Assembly: GCA_051952715.1 (NCBI GenBank)
Contig: JBQCJM010000228.1
Location: forward strand, 1-49,029
Length of the DNA stretch: 49,029 nucleotides
Origin: Flavisolibacter sp.
GTDB taxonomy: Bacteria; Bacteroidota; Bacteroidia; Chitinophagales; Chitinophagaceae
Reading direction: 5' to 3'
Both the position numbers and the translations under genes were made by a program. Positions 41,880 to 49,029 of this stretch are shown here, piece after piece (positions within the stretch are counted from its first letter, which is position 1; each line of letters starts with the position of its first letter). The notes beneath the pieces were generated by a model. That model had not been told where the DNA came from. It saw nothing but the letters and a program-made list of their open reading frames with translations, and did not search any database.

Positions 41880-42116
41880 ATGCACAATTACTCACCAGAG
41901 GACCTGCTTCTTTATTTGTATAAAGAAACAAGTCCGGAAGCCACTGCCGCTATTGAAGACGCTCTGAAAAATGATTGGTCTTTAAGAGAAAAATTAGCTG
42001 TATTGCAAACATCCATGAAACGCCTTGATTCCATCAAAGTTTCCCCGCGAACAGAAGTTATCCTGAACGTTTTAAAGTATGCCCAAAAAGAAGAAAAGTT
42101 TGTGAAGGCCAAATAA
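41880..42116 (+). CDS. Small conserved hypothetical protein, anti-sigma N-domain-like
   Basis: EDLLLYLYKE.S......IE.AL..D..LR pattern, resembling zinc-less anti-sigma domains. Confidence 0.6.
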   Translation: MHNYSPEDLLLYLYKETSPEATAAIEDALKNDWSLREKLAVLQTSMKRLDSIKVSPRTEVILNVLKYAQKEEKFVKAK

Positions 42117-42162
42117 TTTTTGACCTTTCAACTGTGCGCCTTCACCCTTAACTTAGCGGCCG

Positions 42163-42816
42163 ATGACCCGGCCTGAACGCTTTGCAGCAGTTATAGATTA
42201 TTTTCAAATTACACGCCCCGAGGCTGAAACAGAACTTGTTTTCGGCAACACTTACGAATTGTTGGTAGCAGTTATTTTGTCGGCGCAATGCACCGATAAA
42301 AGAGTGAACATGACCACGCCAGCGTTGTTTGCCATATATCCAACCGTGGCTAAACTGGCAAAAGCTAATTACGATGATGTATTCGCCATTATCAAAAGCA
42401 TTTCTTTTCCCGGAAATAAAAGTCGCCACCTCATAGGCATGGCGCAGATGGTAATGGAAAAATTTCACGGCGAAATTCCTATGACCGTTGAAGAATTGGT
42501 GCAACTACCCGGCGTGGGCAGAAAAACGGCTAACGTAATAACATCGGTTATTGACAAACAGCCCAATATGGCTGTAGACACGCATGTGTTTCGTGTGTCG
42601 GCACGTATTGGCTTAACCGTGAACGCCAAAAATCCTTTGCAAACCGAGATGCAACTAGTAAAATATATTCCAACAGAACTGGTGCATAAATTTCATCATT
42701 GGTTAATACTGCACGGCCGCTATACATGCGTGGCACGCAATCCAAAATGTTTTGAGTGCGGACTTAAGCCTGTGTGTAAATATTACCACACCGTTGTAAA
42801 AAAGCAAAGGGCTTAG
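42163..42816 (+). CDS. nth: Endonuclease III
   Basis: LSAQCTD, LPGVGRKTANV, VDTHVFRV, C-X6-C-X2-C-X5-C cluster. Confidence 0.96.
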   Translation: MTRPERFAAVIDYFQITRPEAETELVFGNTYELLVAVILSAQCTDKRVNMTTPALFAIYPTVAKLAKANYDDVFAIIKSISFPGNKSRHLIGMAQMVMEKFHGEIPMTVEELVQLPGVGRKTANVITSVIDKQPNMAVDTHVFRVSARIGLTVNAKNPLQTEMQLVKYIPTELVHKFHHWLILHGRYTCVARNPKCFECGLKPVCKYYHTVVKKQRA

Positions 42817-42949
42817 AATTGATTAACAGACTTTCCTGGGAAATATTACTTCCACTTTACGTTCTGTTTCTATATTTAAAACCTTAGAGGATGCCTTGTT
42901 CGCACAAATTATATGGTATTTGGTAGTGAGGCTTTTTGTTGACCATTTT

Positions 42950-42964
42950 TGGCGCAGAGCTTGT
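42950..42964 (+). promoter_or_regulatory. Sigma54-like (-24/-12) promoter for the GAF protein gene
   Basis: TGGCGCAGAGCTTGT, 60 nt upstream of ATG 43025. Confidence 0.55.
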
Positions 42965-43024
42965 TTTATATAGCGGCAGGAAATTAGTATTCATACCATT
43001 TGCCACTAAACCGCATCTAATTCA

Positions 43025-45403
43025 ATGACAACCGTTTCAAACTTATATGATGGTTTTAACAGCCTACTATCGCTACAGCCTTTGGTAATGGTATTAAAAA
43101 AAATGATTGCGGAAGGCAGAACCGGCGCTAAACGCTTGTATCAGGGGTTGATAAATGAAATAGAAGCTAATCCTGAATTGATGCAGCCAATGGAGAGTGC
43201 CACCACATTGCTAAAACATGAATTACTGGTTGAAACTTTATTTTCCACTATTTTTCCTCCGTCCACGGGCACTAACCAAGGCATTAATGCTATTGCTTTT
43301 CCTTTCACTGCCGAAACAGTATATGCTTCACCGCTTTTTAGAGAACTATTTTTAAAAGAAGGCAACGTTATCAACATTCCGGATTATAAAACAAATATTG
43401 GTATCGCAAAAGCAAATCTGTCGCTGGCATACAATCTTATTCTTCAAAAATTTTATTCGCTTTCGGTGCCTGCTACCGCCACATCGGTGCATGCTTTTGC
43501 CGATGCAGAAAATGGACTCACAAAATATTATGAGTTGAAGCTGAATACGCAATTTGTAGAAGTAAAATGCATTAATAAAGATTTTGCTTTGCCCACCAGT
43601 TTTTCTCCACATAGAGCCATAGAAATGGAAGAGTTGAAAGAGCTGTTTCCGTTAGATAATTTCCAGTTCGAGGGTTTGGTGGTCATTGATGTGGCCGATG
43701 TTACAGAAGAACAGGTAATCAATGAAATTAAAAACGCTTTAATCAACATCAACGCTTTTACCGATGTAGAAGTGTATAATGAATTGCAACAGCATGTACA
43801 AAGTTTGATTGGCTTAAAAAGAGTACGCATAGGCATTACGCCTTTTTTTAAAAAGAATGATTATTACCTGTATACTGAGGCGCATTACAAGAACAGCATT
43901 TTGTTTGCCAACGAAGAAGTTATTAATAACAAGGATAAAATCAGCGAACAATGCCGCGATGTATTTCGTCACTCCAGCCAGCCCATTCTTTACGAGATAT
44001 TAAATGAAAGCAGCAGCCGTTTCAATGAATTGCTGCGATACTACTACGACCAGGGAATTAAAAGCCTGATACTTTGCCCGCTGAAAAGAGAAGACGGAGA
44101 GTTGATTGGTTTATTGGAAATAGCCTGCGAAATTAAAGGAAGGTTGCAGTTCAGCCACCTGGCAAAAATTCAGCCGGTGATACAATTGTTTGCCCTGGCG
44201 CTGGAAAAAACCAATGAAAGCCTTGAAATGCAAATTGATAAAACCATTAAGGATCATTTCACTGCCATCCAACCCGCTGTAGAATGGAAATTTACAGAAG
44301 CGGCATTTCATTATTTACAGCATCAGCAAATAAATGAACTGACAAGAATGCCTGCTATTTCCTTCGAAGATGTTTATCCTTTGTACGGTTCTATCGATGT
44401 AAGAAATTCTTCTACTGAAAGAAGCGCTTCTATTCAACAGGATATGCTGGAGCAACTGGAAATGGCTAAAGCAGTGCTGGCCAAAGCCGATAAAATAATG
44501 GAGTTTCCATTGTTGAAGGAAATACAATTTCGCATAGATAAATATATCGCTTCTGTATCTGAGGCGCTTATATCTGATGATGAAATGCTGATCTATGATT
44601 TTTTGCAAAACGATCTTGATGCATTGTTTAAAAACTTGCGTAGTACAAAACCTGAATTAAAAAAAACCATCAGCAATTATTTTGCGGCCCTCGATCCTCA
44701 ACGAAAAGTTGTTTACAACAAACGAAAGGCTTACGAGGAAAGCATTACCCGCATTAATGATGTGCTGGATCGTTTTATGGACAGCGAGCAGCAGGCAGCG
44801 CAGGAAGTATATCCGCATTATTTTGAACGCTATGTTACAGACGGTATAGAGTTCAATATTTATGTAGGACAGTCCATTTCACCACATACGCCTTTTAATG
44901 AGATGTATGTAAGTAATTTAAAATTGTGGCAGCTTTCGCTATTGGCCAAGGCGGCACGGCTAACCAATTCTTTAGAAAAACGCCTGAGCCTTCCTTTAAA
45001 AACTACACAATTAATATTGGCGCATTCCATTCCTTTAACCATTAGCTTTAGAAGGAAGGAACGAAAGTTTGATGTGGACGGTGCGTATAATATTCGCTAC
45101 GAAATTGTAAAAAAACGTATTGACAAAGTGCACCTTAAAGACAGCGAGGAACGATTGACGCAGCCAGGAAAAATAGGTATTGTTTATTCGCAGCAAAAAG
45201 AATTTGCAGAATATTTGGAATATATAGAGTTTTTGCAAAAAGAAGGTTTGCTGGCAGATAACGTTGAACATTTAGAGTTGGAAGACACGCAAGGCATTAG
45301 CGGGCTAAAAGCTATACGGGTAGAAGTGAACTATGATATGGAAACATCTGAAGCATCTAAAAAGGAAGATGTCAACACAGAGAAAGAAGTGATGAGGAAA
45401 TGA
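43025..45403 (+). CDS. GAF domain-containing protein with a putative diverged class III cyclase-like C-terminal domain
   Basis: GAF motif GIKSLILCPL....ELIGLLEI; C-terminal motifs are described under findings. Confidence 0.75.
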   Translation: MTTVSNLYDGFNSLLSLQPLVMVLKKMIAEGRTGAKRLYQGLINEIEANPELMQPMESATTLLKHELLVETLFSTIFPPSTGTNQGINAIAFPFTAETVYASPLFRELFLKEGNVINIPDYKTNIGIAKANLSLAYNLILQKFYSLSVPATATSVHAFADAENGLTKYYELKLNTQFVEVKCINKDFALPTSFSPHRAIEMEELKELFPLDNFQFEGLVVIDVADVTEEQVINEIKNALININAFTDVEVYNELQQHVQSLIGLKRVRIGITPFFKKNDYYLYTEAHYKNSILFANEEVINNKDKISEQCRDVFRHSSQPILYEILNESSSRFNELLRYYYDQGIKSLILCPLKREDGELIGLLEIACEIKGRLQFSHLAKIQPVIQLFALALEKTNESLEMQIDKTIKDHFTAIQPAVEWKFTEAAFHYLQHQQINELTRMPAISFEDVYPLYGSIDVRNSSTERSASIQQDMLEQLEMAKAVLAKADKIMEFPLLKEIQFRIDKYIASVSEALISDDEMLIYDFLQNDLDALFKNLRSTKPELKKTISNYFAALDPQRKVVYNKRKAYEESITRINDVLDRFMDSEQQAAQEVYPHYFERYVTDGIEFNIYVGQSISPHTPFNEMYVSNLKLWQLSLLAKAARLTNSLEKRLSLPLKTTQLILAHSIPLTISFRRKERKFDVDGAYNIRYEIVKKRIDKVHLKDSEERLTQPGKIGIVYSQQKEFAEYLEYIEFLQKEGLLADNVEHLELEDTQGISGLKAIRVEVNYDMETSEASKKEDVNTEKEVMRK

Positions 45404-45454
45404 TTTGGACTGTCCGTACATGGTTACGCTTCCTGCGAAAGTCAAAGCCTTATC

Positions 45455-48043
45455 TCAAAAGCTCAATCCTATTGAAACATAAGGTTGAGTGCCTTCTACA
45501 GATCTTGCAACGGCAGCTTGTATCAATATTAAATCAGCCGGTATAATAAAAATGCCACCACCATAACCATGATGCCATGTTGTAGAAGACTCATGCGGTA
45601 CCCAAACTCGCCCAACGTCGTTAAAACCAATAACACCTACTGTTCCCGGAAAAAGATAAGAAGTAAAGTCAAACAATTTGGCCCTCAGTTCTATTGAGTG
45701 ATAAAACATGCTTTTACCTGTAAAACGGCTGTTGTAGAATCCTCTCAAATTTTGTAATCCGCCTAATTGCAATTGCTGAAAAAATGCAGGATGGCCAATG
45801 CTTGTGCCACCACCAACGCGGTTGGCAATAACAATATTGCTATCGCTAAAAAAAGGCAGGTAAAAAACCAGGTCTGTTTTTACCTGGCTATAAGACTTAC
45901 TTTCATCGCCTATCTGCCACATACCCGTAAACAACGTGTTCCAGTAAACACCTTTTGCCGGTAACATGGTTTCGTCTTTTGTGTTTAATTCCATGCCTGC
46001 CACGAAACCAGAATATAATTTGCTGCCGAAAACTTTTTCATTGGGATGCACCATATCATATTGCCCCAAAAAAAGGTTTCTGTTTTTAGATGAAGGACTG
46101 CTATAATATTGCAAACCTGCGCCAGCATTAATTCGAAAGTGATTGCCAAGGTTTCTGTACAAACGTACATCGCCGGTGAGATGATTATAAAAGTTTTGAT
46201 AATAGTCAATTTGATGACCATCGCTTTTAGCAAATGGTGATTCGTTCCCTACTCCAAAAAAATTGTCAATATTATTAGGCCCTTTTGCTACAAAATTTAC
46301 AACAAGGTCGTTCTTCTTCGTTCTTTTTTTCAAATCAAGCGTGTAGGTAAATAAAAAAGAGTTGTTTAAGCTGCCATAAGTAACATCGAATAAATGTTGC
46401 TTTCCATAAGGTTCCTTACGGAACGACTGTGTTTCGTATACAAAGCCCAAGTGCAGCAGTGCACCTTTGTCTTTGTTATAAAAAACGGAGACCACCGGCT
46501 TAATTTTTTCATATTTAAAGTTGTGCCAGTTGTATTCATTAACAGTGCTGTCTGTTGACAGTCGCATTTTGGCTGTGTGCTTTGGCGGGAAAATATTTTT
46601 TTCATCGCTTCTGTCGTAAATAAAAATTTTGCTCCTGTTATGTAGTTGCGGATCAATGTAAAAGCTGTCTATATCATCACCACCAATCAAATGTAATTTT
46701 ATGGATGAAGGATGATTTCCCTCCAAAGAAAATACATCACTGTTGCCCAAACCAAATAATCTTACTTCTTTAGTAATTGCAGGATCAAAATTGCGATGAT
46801 AAATTATTTGCTCTGGCTTGCCTTCTTTATTGATCTTTCGAACGGTAAGATCAATATGCTCATCCTCTAAGTATTTAGCTTCAAACAGTTCATGTTTGTC
46901 GGTGCCCGCTACGTCAACATATTTTGCAAGATATTTATAGTAGTCTAAGCCTATTTTCTGTAAATTATTTCTTCTTGCCAATAATATCTGATAGATCTTT
47001 TCTGCAGAAAGCTTATAAATATTCGTTGGCATCAAAAGCAAAGCTTTGGCAATAAGGCTATCGGTAAGTTTGCTTTGTACAAAAGCAATTTGTTCTTTCC
47101 AATCATTTTCGTCAAGCCCTGTTAAAAAATAGCGGTCAAAAAAACGGTTATTGTAGTTATAACCATTAATGTTTCTTATGGTTCCTTTGAACGGTTGCAG
47201 GTTGGCCTTCCCCGATTGATGTGAAAGAATGGACGGAAACAAACCTGAAGTAGTATAATATGCTTTGTCCCTGTCTCTGGGAAAAGGCGTGTAAACAGTT
47301 TGTCCATTCACTTTATTTTCTTCCCAGCGCCATTGATCCTCGTGCCGGTCCCAGTCGCCCATAAAATGATCCAACAACCTGGCTCTTAACAGCAATGTAT
47401 CATTGATGCGTACATCATTATCACTTCTAAGTTTGGCTTGTGTTTTTTCTGTATTGTCTGTGTCGATAGAATCATTAGGTTGCCTTTCTTCAAACAACAA
47501 AACCGAATTGCCAAACTCCTGTCGGTATTCGCCCAGGGCCGGGTCGTCGGGAACATAGACAATTTGAGGATGTGTATGCGGAATGCCTAAAGCTTCGGCA
47601 AGCGGGGGCACGGTTAAAGCAGCATAAGGATGGCTTGTTACTACCTGGTCCTGCAAAATATCTTTTGCAATGGTAGCTCTCAACTTTGGGGGCAAGGCAC
47701 GTGCAGGATATTTTTGTACGCTTCGCAAAACCCATTCTTTTCCGGTAGCATCCTGCAGGCGCAAAGATTTTGTTTGCAGCCCGCCACCTTTTTGCAAAAC
47801 AGTTAAGCCACCTTTTTCTTTATTTAAATAAAAAGTTTTCAGCTTTACTGGCGCGGCCCAAAGCTTGCGATAGCTTTCTCCAAACAAAAAACGATGAATG
47901 CCCGAAACCGCATTGTACTCCGGTGCAATGGCTACAGTAACACTGTCGGAATTTTTTTGGGCCAAACCATTTTTTGCAAAAAATAACTGAATGCACAAAG
48001 TGTATAGCAACACAATCTGTATGAACATCCATTTACTTTGCAT
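45455..48043 (-). CDS. Omp85 (BamA/TamA-family) beta-barrel with an N-terminal kinase-like domain
   Basis: Signal peptide; GDWDRHEDQW; C-terminal LGG..NLRGF..RF.G, DVGRVW, GYGGG, terminal Phe. Confidence 0.8.
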   Translation of the reverse strand: MQSKWMFIQIVLLYTLCIQLFFAKNGLAQKNSDSVTVAIAPEYNAVSGIHRFLFGESYRKLWAAPVKLKTFYLNKEKGGLTVLQKGGGLQTKSLRLQDATGKEWVLRSVQKYPARALPPKLRATIAKDILQDQVVTSHPYAALTVPPLAEALGIPHTHPQIVYVPDDPALGEYRQEFGNSVLLFEERQPNDSIDTDNTEKTQAKLRSDNDVRINDTLLLRARLLDHFMGDWDRHEDQWRWEENKVNGQTVYTPFPRDRDKAYYTTSGLFPSILSHQSGKANLQPFKGTIRNINGYNYNNRFFDRYFLTGLDENDWKEQIAFVQSKLTDSLIAKALLLMPTNIYKLSAEKIYQILLARRNNLQKIGLDYYKYLAKYVDVAGTDKHELFEAKYLEDEHIDLTVRKINKEGKPEQIIYHRNFDPAITKEVRLFGLGNSDVFSLEGNHPSSIKLHLIGGDDIDSFYIDPQLHNRSKIFIYDRSDEKNIFPPKHTAKMRLSTDSTVNEYNWHNFKYEKIKPVVSVFYNKDKGALLHLGFVYETQSFRKEPYGKQHLFDVTYGSLNNSFLFTYTLDLKKRTKKNDLVVNFVAKGPNNIDNFFGVGNESPFAKSDGHQIDYYQNFYNHLTGDVRLYRNLGNHFRINAGAGLQYYSSPSSKNRNLFLGQYDMVHPNEKVFGSKLYSGFVAGMELNTKDETMLPAKGVYWNTLFTGMWQIGDESKSYSQVKTDLVFYLPFFSDSNIVIANRVGGGTSIGHPAFFQQLQLGGLQNLRGFYNSRFTGKSMFYHSIELRAKLFDFTSYLFPGTVGVIGFNDVGRVWVPHESSTTWHHGYGGGIFIIPADLILIQAAVARSVEGTQPYVSIGLSF

Positions 48044-48164
48044 GGTTCAGCTTTATTGAATAAGTATATTAAAATTTCAAGCCAGCCATTGTGCGAACGA
48101 TAAAGCATGACGGCCACACGCAAGTGTCGTTTTTATGATTTAATCAGCATTGCAGATGTATTCA

Positions 48165-49029
48165 TTAAAACTGGAAACCAAATGTCACATAAGGTAAAAG
48201 CTTTTCTTCGTTTGAATGGGCAATAGAAGCTGTAACTACAAAGCGTTGAATAGGCGAGATCCAAATGCCGCCGCCATAACCGTCGTGCCATTTGTTTGAA
48301 CTTTCACCATCTGTCCAAACTCTTCCTATATCGTTAAAAAGAAGTATGCCGTACGAGCCGGGGAAAAGATATGTATTGAATTTTCCAAGGTTCAGGCGAA
48401 GCTCTGTATTGTTAAAAGCCATGCTTCTTCCGGCAAAACGGTTTCTTCTAAAACCACGCAGGTTTTCGGTACCACTCAAATAATTGGCTTGCTGAAATTC
48501 AAATTTTCCAAAGTTGCGATAGTAGCCAAAGCGGGTAGCAAACACATATGCTGATTGCGGAACAAATGAAGCAAACACGCTCATATCCCAGTGAAACTGC
48601 GTTAACGTATGGCTTTGATCATTTAATCCGAACAATTGGCGTACACCTGCATCCAAGACAAAACCACGTGTAGGAATTACCTGGTTATTTTTTGAATTGA
48701 TATCCAGTAAAGCTTCGGCACCTAAATAAGTTTTTGGCAGGTATAAAGTGGCGGGATCGAGGCCATTGACATTTGTGTTGTTTATAAACTTTCCGCTATT
48801 CTCTGCCTGCGGCAATTTAAAATGCTGGAAAATAGGGCCACCATAAATGCGTAACCACGATTGCAATTGCCTACGCACCAATGCTGATAAAGTAGTGATG
48901 TTGTAACGGGTTCTGAAATATACCACTTCGTCTGTATTCAAAACTGTATTATTGCCCAGCCCAAAAAAGTTGGTGACATTAATGGGTGCCCGCACATCGG
49001 CACGAAGTAAAAGATCGCTGCTGCCAAAA
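48165..49029 (-). CDS. Omp85-family barrel, C-terminal part of a paralog of 45455-48043 (5' end outside the window)
   Basis: Frame open to the edge; NFFGLGN, NLRGFRRNRFAG, NDIGRVW, WHDGYGGG, terminal GFQF. Confidence 0.8.
   Translation of the reverse strand, partial: FGSSDLLLRADVRAPINVTNFFGLGNNTVLNTDEVVYFRTRYNITTLSALVRRQLQSWLRIYGGPIFQHFKLPQAENSGKFINNTNVNGLDPATLYLPKTYLGAEALLDINSKNNQVIPTRGFVLDAGVRQLFGLNDQSHTLTQFHWDMSVFASFVPQSAYVFATRFGYYRNFGKFEFQQANYLSGTENLRGFRRNRFAGRSMAFNNTELRLNLGKFNTYLFPGSYGILLFNDIGRVWTDGESSNKWHDGYGGGIWISPIQRFVVTASIAHSNEEKLLPYVTFGFQF

Overview
Core-genome window from a Bacteroidota organism, probably Chitinophagaceae. The placement rests on gldC, a SusC/SusD pair, the nadK-porG-uppS-bamA-ompH-ompH-murI cluster and TAnnTTTG promoters. 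It holds about 43 protein genes, mostly housekeeping (meaB, coaX, lptC, lysS, rpmH-rnpA-yidD, sodA, eno, ftsB, nth), plus one tRNA-Lys(CUU). No CRISPR array, prophage, integrase or transposase is visible. Five observations stand out. (1) An otherwise intact lysS carries one in-frame TAG at the conserved lysine-binding Tyr. (2) A GAF protein behind a sigma54-like promoter has a C-terminal half with the ordered motifs of a highly diverged class III nucleotide cyclase. (3) Two tandem Omp85-type barrels end the window, and the complete one has an N-terminal atypical-kinase-like domain. (4) A candidate sigma54-driven, four-hairpin sRNA lies at 14.5-14.7 kb. (5) Heptamer-periodic inverted arms recur inside operons, either enclosing a four-helix-bundle gene, bordering an inserted GNAT gene, or empty. 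All calls come from reading the sequence by eye; no database search was run.
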